The notes below the pieces were generated by a model. The model did not search any database. It saw only the letters and a list, made by a program, of their open reading frames with translations, and was not told the DNA's origin. The position numbers were made by a program, and so were the translations under genes. DNA of 64,000 bases, from positions 31,373-95,372 of the forward strand of contig JAKAGM010000002.1 in the NCBI GenBank assembly GCA_021815445.1, read 5' to 3'. Source of the stretch: a bacterium. Its GTDB lineage: Bacteria > Patescibacteriota > Patescibacteriia > UBA10025. Every line of letters begins with the position of its first letter. Position 1 is the first letter of the stretch. Positions 39,324 to 48,367 of this stretch are shown here, piece after piece.

Positions 39324-39890
39324 CTATATTATTTTTCTATAAATTTGAACTAATCCGGCCATATTTTTCTTTGTCTCCTGTTTGCATGCCGGAAGAGTGA
39401 GAAGCGCGTACTTCTGGTTCATTTTTTCAATACAGTACTCTACCGATTTCTCCCAGGAAATGCCTCTGGATCCCAAGGCATGGAGAAAAATGAAACAGCC
39501 TTCGATTGTTAAGAATTTGTACCCCTCGGCATTTCTCATGATTTCAGATACCCGCGAGTGGGGCTTGGCACGGTCATGGTGTGTCCTGATGGCGTCGACG
39601 ATAATTATACGTTCGTTGTCAGCGACCTTCCATTTTCGCAAGTATCTGTCTGCAAGCGCGGCACTTAAGCGCGGATGATTTTCCATCTCGTAACTATGCC
39701 GCTTCGTGTGAAATACGACGTGAGCCAGATAGAGCGCGGCGACAACGAGGTGTCCGTTAGCATGATATTGTCGCGCGAGCTTTTTTCCCATGACGGCGGC
39801 AAGTTCGGTCAGTCCCCAAGCCGGAGCGCCATTTTTCTGAGTTTGGCGCTGCATGAGGGCGCGGGATTTAGAGATAATGTTACTTTTCAT
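39324..39890 (-). CDS. HD domain phosphohydrolase
   Basis: H...HD...H...D pattern (YHANGHLVVAAL...DAIRTHHD). Confidence 0.5.
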   Translation of the reverse strand: MKSNIISKSRALMQRQTQKNGAPAWGLTELAAVMGKKLARQYHANGHLVVAALYLAHVVFHTKRHSYEMENHPRLSAALADRYLRKWKVADNERIIIVDAIRTHHDRAKPHSRVSEIMRNAEGYKFLTIEGCFIFLHALGSRGISWEKSVEYCIEKMNQKYALLTLPACKQETKKNMAGLVQIYRKII

Positions 39891-40080
39891 TCTTTGTCTT
39901 TTTTTTCAATAATTTCCACGCCCCCTTAGGCACCAAACTGCGCCAGTTGCCGTCAGGCCATTCTTTATCCAAAATACTACCCGATACCCCTTCTAACGGT
40001 TCGACAAAGTCAACTGTCCATCCGTTTTCTTCGTATTTTTTTACTTTAAAATAATGATGGTAATCTTTCGCCGCAAGCAC
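39880..40080 (-). other. 66-codon ORF in the +1 frame relative to the nadM-like gene. It may be a C-terminal continuation disrupted at the C5G7 homopolymer.
   Basis: Reading through cccccggggggg (40089-40100) with a 1-nt shift gives ...DFIPPGAVIVLAAKDYHHYFKVKKYEENGW... Confidence 0.3.
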
Positions 40081-40429
40081 GATAACAGCCCCCGGGGGGG
40101 ATAAAGTCCTTCCAGTTTACTGTTTCATAATAAGCGAAGTGCGGCGCAATATGTACGCGACTCATATCGACACCGTGCTGCTGCAGGGAATTCCAGACCA
40201 TTTCATACCGCTCAAAGTATGTGTACGGATTATTTTTAGGATCTCGCGCTCGTTTCACACTTTGTTGCAAGTCAGCTTCAAGCTTCTCAAAATCCTGCGG
40301 AAGCTGTCTCAGCGGGTTGGCAATACCAATCCACAGCTCATCGTATTTTTCGAGTATTTTGAGAAACGTATTGAAATGCCCGTTATGCAAAGGCTGAAAC
40401 CTTCCGTGGTTGTATCCGATAGTTTTCAT
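40046..40429 (-). CDS. Nicotinamide-nucleotide adenylyltransferase-like (archaeal NadM-type cytidylyltransferase), possibly frameshifted at the 3' end
   Basis: The start MKTIGYNHGRFQPLHNGH carries the (H/T)xGH motif as in NadM (GRFQPFHKGH). The ORF ends immediately after the G/C homopolymer. Confidence 0.5.
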   Translation of the reverse strand: MKTIGYNHGRFQPLHNGHFNTFLKILEKYDELWIGIANPLRQLPQDFEKLEADLQQSVKRARDPKNNPYTYFERYEMVWNSLQQHGVDMSRVHIAPHFAYYETVNWKDFIPPGGCYRACGERLPSLF

Positions 40430-40476
40430 ATCAATGAGACTGGTTAATGACAGTTTGATTCCTACTTTCTTTGTCT

Positions 40477-40498
40477 CGCGCAGGCTCAGAGGCCTGCG
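40477..40498. repeat. Palindromic repeat CGCGCAGGC-tcagag-GCCTGCG
   Basis: Family member, between the GIY-YIG and nadM-like genes. Confidence 0.5.
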
Positions 40499-40551
40499 TT
40501 CTTTATATCTTTTACTTGTCATTGCGATCCCGCATAGCGGGAGAAGCAATC

Positions 40552-40863
40552 TCATACTGTGTCATCATCATACCACCCATCGCTTAGGTCTTTCCAATCT
40601 GGATTGATGCTATTTACCAAATCAATCTTCTTTTTTCGCGATCCGGCTTTTATTTGTTTTTCTCTGTAAATTGCATCATCGATATATTCGAATTCCTCAT
40701 AGTAAACAAGTTTCGTGAGATTGTACCTTTTTGTAAAGCCTTCGATTTCTTTCTTTTTATGCTGCAGGACACGTACCTCAAGTCCACCCGTTACCCCAGT
40801 ATAGAGTGTTGTATTTCCTTTATTGGTCATGATGTAGACGCAGTAGCTCTGTTCTTCACGCAT
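40552..40863 (-). CDS. GIY-YIG nuclease family protein (small, ~100 aa)
   Basis: YCVYIMTNKGNTTLYTGVTGGLEVRVLQHK is a GIY-YIG module. A CCCCCGCCTTTCGCGAAAGGCGGGGG hairpin lies upstream. Confidence 0.7.
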   Translation of the reverse strand: MREEQSYCVYIMTNKGNTTLYTGVTGGLEVRVLQHKKKEIEGFTKRYNLTKLVYYEEFEYIDDAIYREKQIKAGSRKKKIDLVNSINPDWKDLSDGWYDDDTV

Positions 40864-40980
40864 AACAAAGTAAGAGATTGCTTCGTCGCCCCCCGCCTTT
40901 CGCGAAAGGCGGGGGTGCTCCTCGCAATGACACGAATAATGAACGAACTATAAAAGCTCCTGTACCCTGCTCACCACCCG

Positions 40981-41283
40981 TTATCCCATTTTAAGTTTTT
41001 TCTGATCATCCTCGACTATTTTCATCAGCACTTTCTCGATATCCAGGCCGCGAAGGTCGGCGAGACGGATGGTTTGCAGTAAAATATCACCAATGGCATT
41101 TTCAACTTCGGCATCGCTATACCTGTCCTTTCGGGCCTTTTGGTCAACATACTGACTTGCCAGCTCGCCGACTTCTTCAACGAGGTGAGTAAATGCTAGT
41201 TGTTCGTCATAGGTGACGTTTCTTTTTTTATCCCATGCCTCAAACAAGTCGACGACGTTCTTTTGGAGTTCTCGCACTTCCAT
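40981..41283 (-). CDS. MazG-like nucleotide pyrophosphohydrolase
   Basis: MEVRELQKNVVDLFEAW...HLVEEVGELA is the MazG EExxE core. Confidence 0.6.
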   Translation of the reverse strand: MEVRELQKNVVDLFEAWDKKRNVTYDEQLAFTHLVEEVGELASQYVDQKARKDRYSDAEVENAIGDILLQTIRLADLRGLDIEKVLMKIVEDDQKKLKMG

Positions 41284-41298
41284 AGAAAAAAAAGTTTG

Positions 41299-41490
41299 TT
41301 AATAAATAGTTTGCACCCTTCCCACCTCGCCTGTCTCAAGCCGCACTTTAATGCCATGCGGATGGGTGGGGGAGCTCGTTAAAATATCTTGAACAACACC
41401 CTCGGTCAAAGTACCAGTACGCTGGTCCTGTTTTTGGACTATCGCTACGCGCAGACCCGGGTAAATGTTTTTTCGGAGTTGGCCGTCCAT
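41299..41490 (-). CDS. ywbE: YwbE family protein (DUF2196)
   Basis: IYPGLRVAIVQKQDQRTGTLTEGVVQDILTSSPTHPHGIKVRLETGEVGRV closely matches the YwbE family. Confidence 0.7.
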   Translation of the reverse strand: MDGQLRKNIYPGLRVAIVQKQDQRTGTLTEGVVQDILTSSPTHPHGIKVRLETGEVGRVQTIY

Positions 41491-41524
41491 GTATGAATCC
41501 TACGCTTTTAACGGGGGAAAATCA

Positions 41525-41562
41525 ATAAAAAAGGCGCCCCCCTCTCGGCCCAGAAGGGGACG
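41525..41562 (-). terminator. Hairpin plus T6 on the minus strand, 35 nt upstream of the ywbE start. Possible attenuator or the terminator of a small transcript.
   Basis: Minus strand reads gtccccttctgggccgagaggggggcgcctttttt. Confidence 0.4.
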
Positions 41563-41821
41563 TTTCCGCACTGTAAAAATTGGTGGACGTGGCATACTGA
41601 GGGCTCGCCGTGTTCCTTCGTCACGGGTAGAGTGCGGACCTACTCCGCAGAAGTATAACTTTTACCCTCTTGTGTTCGGCGATGTCCACCGACGACAGCC
41701 TCCTTTTCGCGGTCCTCCAGAAGGTTAAGAGTGAAAGAGCGCCGCCTCCGTTAAACTTATGAGGCATAGGAAGTATAAAGGAAATACAGATAAAAATAAA
41801 ATAGTGGAAAAATGCAGAAAA

Positions 41822-41856
41822 CAAAAAAATCCCCGCACCAACTTGGTGAGGGGGCG
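41822..41856 (-). terminator. Intrinsic terminator of the bifunctional-nuclease gene
   Basis: Minus strand reads cgccccctcaccaagttggtgcggggattttttt, about 15 nt after the stop. Confidence 0.6.
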
Positions 41857-41871
41857 TTCTTTCCTGGAGCA

Positions 41872-42372
41872 TCAGCCCGGCACTTGGCCGAAGTCTTCCG
41901 GCCTCATGCCTTTTAGAAGATTCTTGAGCGTCTCGCCGTCAATCTGGTGGGGCTTGGGATCGTCCGGCGTTATTTCCTGGAAAAGCTCAGGATTGGCGAA
42001 TATCTCGACCTTGGCCTTGAGCGCCAATGCCACGGCGTCAGAAGGTCGCGCATCGATCAGAACGGTTTCCCCGCCGGTCGCGATATGGATCTTGGCAAAG
42101 TATGTATGTTCCTTGAGCTCTGTGATTTCAACCCGGGTGATCATTCCTCCCAGTCTGAGGATCATTTGGTGCAGTAGCTCGTGGGTCAGCGGACGCTGGG
42201 AGCGCGCTCCCGAAAGCTCAATGGCAATTGCCCAGGCCTCATATTGCCCGATCCAGATCGGCAACAGAGGTGTATCCTGATTGTCTTGGGCAAGTATCAA
42301 GACCGGAGACCGGGATTCGACATCAAGCGCCATCCCTTTAACTTTTACTTTAACCATGTGCCACCCTCCCAT
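41872..42372 (-). CDS. Bifunctional nuclease family protein (DUF151/BFN)
   Basis: SPVLILAQDNQDTPLLPIWIGQYEAWAIAIEL...DARPSDAVALALK is the BFN signature. Confidence 0.65.
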   Translation of the reverse strand: MGGWHMVKVKVKGMALDVESRSPVLILAQDNQDTPLLPIWIGQYEAWAIAIELSGARSQRPLTHELLHQMILRLGGMITRVEITELKEHTYFAKIHIATGGETVLIDARPSDAVALALKAKVEIFANPELFQEITPDDPKPHQIDGETLKNLLKGMRPEDFGQVPG

Positions 42373-42507
42373 TTATCCTAAGTCTAACGGTTGATTCATC
42401 TTATTTTCCGCAAAGCAAAGAACGAAGCTCTATCCTAGAATAGCCCGAATGCTTTGTCAATGGGACTTTTCTTGACACTGAAGGCGGAATTCAGAATCCC
42501 GCATACC

Positions 42508-42536
42508 TAAAAAACGGGCGGATTCTGAATCCGCCC
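42508..42536 (-). terminator. Intrinsic terminator of msrA
   Basis: Minus strand reads GGGCGGATTCAGAATCCGCCC followed by GTTTTTT. A degenerate copy lies just upstream. Confidence 0.65.
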
Positions 42537-42580
42537 TCATCTCGCGTCCGGCGGACTTAAAATGACGAAAAGATGCGCAA

Positions 42581-43126
42581 TTATTCCTCTTTCAAGTATT
42601 CTAAAAACTTTTTTCTCAACTTGGCCACTTTTGGATCAATCACAATCCGGCAATATGGCTTATCAGGATTGTTGGCGTAGTAGTCGCGGTGGTAGTCTTC
42701 GGCAGGATAGAACTTTTCAAACGGGACGATCTGCGTCACGATGGGCGCACCAAAAGTATTCTCGGCATCGAGGCGGTCAATAGTTTCCTCCGCCGCTTTT
42801 TGCTGTTCAGCATTATGGAAGAAAATGGCCGACCGGTACTGATCGCCGACATCGTTGCCCTGGCGGTTCATCGTCGTAGGGTCGTGCGTGGCGAAAAAGA
42901 CATCAAGCAGGCGTTCATACGGGATGATCGTCGGATCGTATTCGAGCCGGATGACTTCAGCGTGACCGGTGTGACCGCTTGACACCTGTTCGTATGACGG
43001 ATTATCTATCATACCGCCGGAGTATCCCGATGTTACATTCGTAACGCCTTTTAAACGCGTAAAGACAGCTTCTGAGCACCAGAAACAGCCAGAACCAAAT
43101 GTGGCTATTTTAGTTGACAGGGTCAT
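42581..43126 (-). CDS. msrA: Peptide-methionine (S)-S-oxide reductase
   Basis: ATFGSGCFWCSEAVF is the MsrA active-site motif. Confidence 0.85.
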   Translation of the reverse strand: MTLSTKIATFGSGCFWCSEAVFTRLKGVTNVTSGYSGGMIDNPSYEQVSSGHTGHAEVIRLEYDPTIIPYERLLDVFFATHDPTTMNRQGNDVGDQYRSAIFFHNAEQQKAAEETIDRLDAENTFGAPIVTQIVPFEKFYPAEDYHRDYYANNPDKPYCRIVIDPKVAKLRKKFLEYLKEE

Positions 43127-43196
43127 TTTCTGAGTGATTTGCTCGCGCGTTTTTTAAAGCTTCATTAAATCTCCAACTTGGGGTATTCGTTGTCAC

Positions 43197-43511
43197 TCAG
43201 TGGGTGGCCGCGATGATGCTGAGGGCGGCGACAGTGAAAATGGTCAGCCAGCAGACAGTGTACATCACGAAAAGAACGGCATCCTTTTTTTGTCCTTCAA
43301 GGTACATATAGACCGGCCTGCCAAAGATGAGGAGTCCGACGATGGCGGCAGAGAGGACAAAAAGCATCAGGATTGTCGCCGGTCCAAAAAAGTTGTTCAT
43401 TTTTCCAAAAATACTCTCGGCATTGAACATCAGCGATGCAACGAGCATGCTGTATACCGCAACGCCGAGTGCGTGGAGAAGACTATGTAAGGCGAGCTTC
43501 GATGGTTTCAT
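43197..43511 (-). CDS. Small membrane protein (3 TM)
   Basis: Three hydrophobic helices. Confidence 0.4.
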   Translation of the reverse strand: MKPSKLALHSLLHALGVAVYSMLVASLMFNAESIFGKMNNFFGPATILMLFVLSAAIVGLLIFGRPVYMYLEGQKKDAVLFVMYTVCWLTIFTVAALSIIAATH

Positions 43512-43554
43512 GGGGGTAGTAGTGAGTTGTTAGTATCTAGTACCGAGCGAACAA

Positions 43555-43944
43555 TTACTGCATATCATTCTCCACGTACTCTTTCAACGGGCCGAGATAG
43601 TAATCGCGCCATCCGTCATCAATATCTTTCAGTTCATCTTTGGGTACTCCCGTGTGGTGTAGTACCAGTTGAGTCCCGGCTTTCTCTTTATTGAGAGTGA
43701 ATGTCACTATTGACGGTTTCGCCCATTCACCGCTCATCCATTCTTGCACCAGTCGCTTGTTTTTCACCACCTCAACATTTTCCCCCCAAATATCGCCTCC
43801 CCACAATGAGAACTTGGAGCCAACTTTTGCACTCATCTTCGCCGGCCCGCCGCCCCACGCCTCAATGTCTTTAGGAACAGTCAATGCCTGCCATACTTTT
43901 TCGATTCGGGCCTTGATATGGTAGCTTTGGTGGATCGGTTTCAT
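43555..43944 (-). CDS. SRPBCC / AHSA1-like domain protein
   Basis: YHIKARIEKVWQALTVPKDIEAWGG...SKFSLWGG is the Aha1/SRPBCC pattern. Start chosen at MKPIHQ. Confidence 0.55.
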   Translation of the reverse strand: MKPIHQSYHIKARIEKVWQALTVPKDIEAWGGGPAKMSAKVGSKFSLWGGDIWGENVEVVKNKRLVQEWMSGEWAKPSIVTFTLNKEKAGTQLVLHHTGVPKDELKDIDDGWRDYYLGPLKEYVENDMQ

Positions 43945-44189
43945 ATAAACTAATGACAGTATATCACCATTATTTTTTGCGTACAGGATGCCCATGTATT
44001 GACACACCCTTCCCGTGCTGACGTAATGTATGATGCTGAAAATCGCAGGACGGGCCCGCTTCGCCGGTGCGAAGCGGGGCGAGATACAAGCATCACCTAT
44101 GAGTCAAGCCTCACTCGGTTTTCAGCTAGGTTGAGATTTCTTAACTTCTTCTCGCTATGCTCGGTGTCGATCGAAATGACAATGTTGGG

Positions 44190-45392
44190 TTATGCCGGCA
44201 CTGGCTTTTTTCTGTAGCTCAGGAAAATCACCAAGGCGACAACCGCCATTGCGCTGCCAAGCCAAAAAGCAAGACTTGGAGACGTGTGCCAGAGGACGCC
44301 CGCTGTCAGTGAAGCGACGAAAGCGCCGAGGCCGACGATAGTCTGTTGGAGACCAAAGGCCGTGCCGGAAATTTCAGACCCGACCATCGAAGCGATATAC
44401 GATTTGCTCACGCCGTCAGTGAGCGCCATATAGAACCCGTAGACGGGAAAGATGAACCACAGCCAGAACGACTGGTGGGTGATTGCCAGCGCGGCGTAGA
44501 CGACTGCGAAAAGCCCGAAACCGATTGCCAAAATCTTTTTAGGGCCGATTTTATCGCTCCACGCGCCGGCCGGGTACGAAAGGGCCGAGTAGGTGATGTT
44601 AAAGAGGACATACGCAGCCACAGCCGCGATAGTGGTCAGGCCAAGATTCTTTGCACGCAGGATCAGGAAGGCGTCAGAGCTATTACCGATTGCAAAAACG
44701 CCGCTGACAACCATGAACACTTTGAGGTAGGGGTCGAAATGTTTTACATCACTTAGGTGAATTTCGCGGTGGAGCTTGCTCGCCGCAGGACGGGCTTCCT
44801 TGACCAAAAGGATCAGCACGACAACGCCTACAGCGGCGGGGATAGCGGCAATGTAGAAAATGGTTGAGTAGCTGTCCTTAAAAACCGCGAGCAAGAGTAA
44901 GGCAAGAAGCGGGCCGATAACGGCGCCGGCGCTGTCCAGCGTTCGGGTCAAACCAAAAGCCCTGCCGCGTATCTCGGGCGTGACACTTTCAACAATGAGC
45001 GCATCCCTTGCCGCGACTCGAGAACCTTTACCGAATCTGTCCAAAAAGCGCGCGAACAATACCAGAGGCCATGTGGTGGCCAGCCCCATGATCACTTTCG
45101 AAATCGTTGAAACCGAGTAGCCGACGACAACCAGCGGTTTGCGCCTGCGGATCTTGTCCGACAGCCAGCCGGAAAAAACTTTTACGATGCTCGAGGTTGA
45201 TTCCGCGAGCCCCTCGATGAGTCCCACAATAGCCACCGGCGCGCCAAGTACACTCGTCAAAAAAATCGGGATGATGGGGTAGATGGTTTCGGATGCAATA
45301 TCATTAAAAAAGCTGACAAATCCCATTGCCCAGACGTTTTTAGGCAGGCGAGGTTTATCCTGCATATTCACTTGTTGCGGGGAATCAGGCAC
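44190..45392 (-). CDS. MFS transporter
   Basis: Twelve TM helices. The loop motifs GFVSFFNDIASE and DKIRRRKPL are MFS-like. Confidence 0.65.
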   Translation of the reverse strand: MPDSPQQVNMQDKPRLPKNVWAMGFVSFFNDIASETIYPIIPIFLTSVLGAPVAIVGLIEGLAESTSSIVKVFSGWLSDKIRRRKPLVVVGYSVSTISKVIMGLATTWPLVLFARFLDRFGKGSRVAARDALIVESVTPEIRGRAFGLTRTLDSAGAVIGPLLALLLLAVFKDSYSTIFYIAAIPAAVGVVVLILLVKEARPAASKLHREIHLSDVKHFDPYLKVFMVVSGVFAIGNSSDAFLILRAKNLGLTTIAAVAAYVLFNITYSALSYPAGAWSDKIGPKKILAIGFGLFAVVYAALAITHQSFWLWFIFPVYGFYMALTDGVSKSYIASMVGSEISGTAFGLQQTIVGLGAFVASLTAGVLWHTSPSLAFWLGSAMAVVALVIFLSYRKKPVPA

Positions 45393-45527
45393 GGTCGCTA
45401 TGACATTAAACGGGTATTGACTCTATCGCATTGATACACCGCCAGTGTAGCATTTTTTTACTTCTTTCAAAACCAAAAACGCCCCATCATCTTGACGGAG
45501 CGTTTTTGAATAGTTACTTGTGGGTAC

Positions 45528-45848
45528 TTAGGACTTTTGGAACTCGCCTAAGTGTTTTCCTAACTCAAAAGCCATTTTCTTTATTGCAGTCATGATGTCT
45601 TCTCTCTGCTCGAAATCAGGTTCACTCTTAACTAACCTCTCTAGCGCGGTTAACTTCGCTTCATAGTCAACCTTATTCTCATCTGTTAGTGACATTGCCG
45701 CAAGCGCAGTATCCAGTTCCCGCGCAAGCTCGTTGAGATCGGAATTCAACTCATTCCAGTTTTTTGTTTCCGCGTCATGCATGCAGTGGCTGATTTCCGC
45801 TTCGACGCGGTTTGCGCCGGGGCTAAATTCGTCTTCTGGGGTTGGCAT
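45528..45848 (-). CDS. Hypothetical acidic helical protein
   Basis: ORF with coding-like composition. No family recognised. Confidence 0.35.
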   Translation of the reverse strand: MPTPEDEFSPGANRVEAEISHCMHDAETKNWNELNSDLNELARELDTALAAMSLTDENKVDYEAKLTALERLVKSEPDFEQREDIMTAIKKMAFELGKHLGEFQKS

Positions 45849-45922
45849 AGTATATCTTTACCGGTTAGTTAATGAAATTTTACTCTTAAAAAACAATAAG
45901 ATATTATGGAATCCTATCACAT

Positions 45923-46435
45923 TTATCTTATACTGTCAAGGTTCGGTTGCCTATTGGCAGTTCCAATAATACCCTGCGCCCACGCTGCTGCCCTTTCCAG
46001 TTCCCCCTGTTTCAGCGGGCCTTCTTTTCCAAGGACGAAAAATGTTTCAGCGGCTACGATTATCGCGCCTTTGCTTTTTAAAATAGAAGCGAGCCGTTTG
46101 GAAGCGTAACCAAAAAATTTTACGATAAAGCGTATAAAGCCCTGCTTGTTGTCCATCGGCATACCTGTATCAAAGGCTGCAGCGCGAACATTGCCCAACG
46201 CATGGGCGGGAATGGCATTTAAAAATTGTTGCATTGCCTGCGATGGGCGCCCGCCGTGGGTAGGGGAACCGACGATTAACACATCAGCTGATCGCAGATC
46301 AGCCGCTGAAGTTTCACTAACACGGAGTATCTTTACCTCGCCGACCAGACCCTTGGCAACCGCCTGCGCGACTTTCCCCGTGTTGCCATAGAGGGAGTCG
46401 TAGATGATGAGAGTTTTCATGGTTGTATTTCTCAT
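45923..46435 (-). CDS. Flavodoxin family protein
   Basis: MKTLIIYDSLYGNTGKVAQ is the flavodoxin FMN-binding N-terminus. Confidence 0.65.
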   Translation of the reverse strand: MRNTTMKTLIIYDSLYGNTGKVAQAVAKGLVGEVKILRVSETSAADLRSADVLIVGSPTHGGRPSQAMQQFLNAIPAHALGNVRAAAFDTGMPMDNKQGFIRFIVKFFGYASKRLASILKSKGAIIVAAETFFVLGKEGPLKQGELERAAAWAQGIIGTANRQPNLDSIR

Positions 46436-46484
46436 TCACTATATTCTAATTTAAACACAGAGTATTTGTATTCCTTGAGGCAGC

Positions 46485-47687
46485 TTATCTGCCCAGTATC
46501 GCATCGAGCATCTTCGTACGGGTGATAATGGCGGCGGGTATTAATCCTGACAGCACCGACACCCACATGATCGCTTCGCTGCGGGCTATATAGTCGGCTT
46601 TATCCAAAACTAACACAGCATCGGCTATCGGCAAAACGAAAGGGTGCGCCTGGAAATATGGCGTGAGCACCAGGAGAAATATTGCCGTGCCGAGTATCAC
46701 TCCAAGTACCGAGTATACCGCAGATAAAATCACATAGCTTGTGATAATGATATACGGCTTGATGCCGATAGCCCGCAAAATGCCGATCTGCTTTTTTTTG
46801 TTGATAATATCGACATAGATCACGATAAAAATGGTTACTCCCGCGATCAATATGCCGACGGTCGACATCAGGATATTGATGCTTAAGAAACTTTCGCTGA
46901 TTGATTTCATCAGACCGGCGGCCTCTTGCCATGAGTAGACATTTGCTTCAATGCCGATGGCATGTATTTTGCTGATGATATCTTGTTCTTTTTGACCGGC
47001 GCTGATTTTGACTACAATTGTTGTGGCCTGAGTATCTGCGCCCGGCATCAATTGACCCAGAGCTTTTTCGGTAATAAACGCGCGTTTATCCGTTTCAGAA
47101 AATTTTGTCTCAAAAATTCCCTTGATGGTAAAATCCTTTGATACCCCGTCGATTGCCAATGTTACTTTTTCTCCTATCTTGGCTCCCTTGAAAGAAGACG
47201 CGCCACCCCCGTCATCTGATCCACCCGTAATCTGCCGGCCGATGATAATCGCATCTTCGTCGTTTACATTCAAATAAGAGCCCTCAATTATTTTCTGTCC
47301 GACGTTAGTTACCTTGCTTTCGTCCGCCGGATTGATTGCTAAAATTTGCCAGTTGCCTTTTAAGTTTTTGTATTTGAGCTCTGCTGGAACGAGCATTTCG
47401 GCGCTTGCCGCCTCTACTCCATTCACACTTTTTAGCGTGTCCAGAACTTTATTTTTATCCTTAATAAAATCATCGCCATCCTTCGGCGTTAGGTAGATGT
47501 TGCCTGTGAGCGTATTGATGATTTGCTTATTACTGCCGTCTATGATGCCGTTAAAAAGGGATGAAATAAAAATTAGATTAATGAAAGCAACCGCCATCAA
47601 CGAAGTCGTCAGAAAAAAGGTCCACTTCCTGCCGCGGCGGATGTATTGCCATGCTAAATAAAAGGGGAGACGAAGTTCACTTTTCAT
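46485..47687 (-). CDS. ABC transporter permease, FtsX-like (MacB/LolE type)
   Basis: One N-terminal TM, a large periplasmic domain, then 3 C-terminal TM helices. The 4-nt overlap with the ATPase gene suggests an operon. Confidence 0.65.
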   Translation of the reverse strand: MKSELRLPFYLAWQYIRRGRKWTFFLTTSLMAVAFINLIFISSLFNGIIDGSNKQIINTLTGNIYLTPKDGDDFIKDKNKVLDTLKSVNGVEAASAEMLVPAELKYKNLKGNWQILAINPADESKVTNVGQKIIEGSYLNVNDEDAIIIGRQITGGSDDGGGASSFKGAKIGEKVTLAIDGVSKDFTIKGIFETKFSETDKRAFITEKALGQLMPGADTQATTIVVKISAGQKEQDIISKIHAIGIEANVYSWQEAAGLMKSISESFLSINILMSTVGILIAGVTIFIVIYVDIINKKKQIGILRAIGIKPYIIITSYVILSAVYSVLGVILGTAIFLLVLTPYFQAHPFVLPIADAVLVLDKADYIARSEAIMWVSVLSGLIPAAIITRTKMLDAILGR

Positions 47688-48367
47688 ACCAGTTTCCCGT
47701 CAGAAAGTTTGATATGGCGAGTGGCATATTCGAGTTCCTCGGGTTCATGGGTGATCATGGCAATGGTGATATGCTCCTGCTCGTTCAAGGACTTAAAAAT
47801 ACGAAGCACGTCTTTGGAAGCGATTGTATCAAGGTTTGCTGTCGGTTCATCAGCGAAAAGAATCCGGGGGGCATTGATTAACGCCCGGGCGATAGCCACT
47901 TTTTGCTGCTCTCCGCCCGAGAGCTGGGTCGGCAGGCGGCGCGCTTTATCACGCAAGCCAACTTTGGCTAAAAGTGTAAGCGCCTTATCTCTCGCATCCT
48001 TTGATGTGCCGATCATCATCGCCGGGAGCATGACATTTTCCAGAGCCGACAGCTCGGCGACCAATGCGTATTCCTGGAAGATGTATCCCAGCTGGCGCAA
48101 GCGCATATCCATGCGCTTTTTTTCCGACAGACGGGTCACTTCCCGGCCGTTGATATATATCTCCCCGGTGTCAGGGGAATCCAGAAGCCCGAGCTGGTGG
48201 AGAAGCGTCGATTTGCCGGAACCGTTCCTCCCGGTAATCATGATAAATTCTCCCTGTGCGATCCGTAAAGATACATTCTTCAACGCCACAGTCTTTGCGT
48301 CACCTGAACGGTAGGACTTAGTAATGTTCTCAGTCGCAATGTGGAGATTGTTTGTATCCTGGTACAT
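47684..48367 (-). CDS. ABC transporter ATP-binding protein (MacB/LolD type)
   Basis: Walker A GRNGSGKST, signature LSGGEQQ and Walker B ILFADEPT. Confidence 0.8.
   Translation of the reverse strand: MYQDTNNLHIATENITKSYRSGDAKTVALKNVSLRIAQGEFIMITGRNGSGKSTLLHQLGLLDSPDTGEIYINGREVTRLSEKKRMDMRLRQLGYIFQEYALVAELSALENVMLPAMMIGTSKDARDKALTLLAKVGLRDKARRLPTQLSGGEQQKVAIARALINAPRILFADEPTANLDTIASKDVLRIFKSLNEQEHITIAMITHEPEELEYATRHIKLSDGKLV

Noticed and set aside
41491-41871. Possible tmRNA, RNase P RNA, SRP RNA or tRNA in the 380-bp gap
   Set aside because: I checked by eye for the tmRNA tag/T-arm, RNase P P4 (GGAAAGUCCGG), the SRP domain IV motif and a tRNA cloverleaf. None fits. A 7-bp terminal stem encloses about 95 nt, which is too long for a tRNA.
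41621-41872. 83-aa minus-strand ORF in the long intergenic region
   Set aside because: It runs through a strong intrinsic terminator and has no convincing ribosome-binding site at its start. The region is better explained as a noncoding leader or sRNA.
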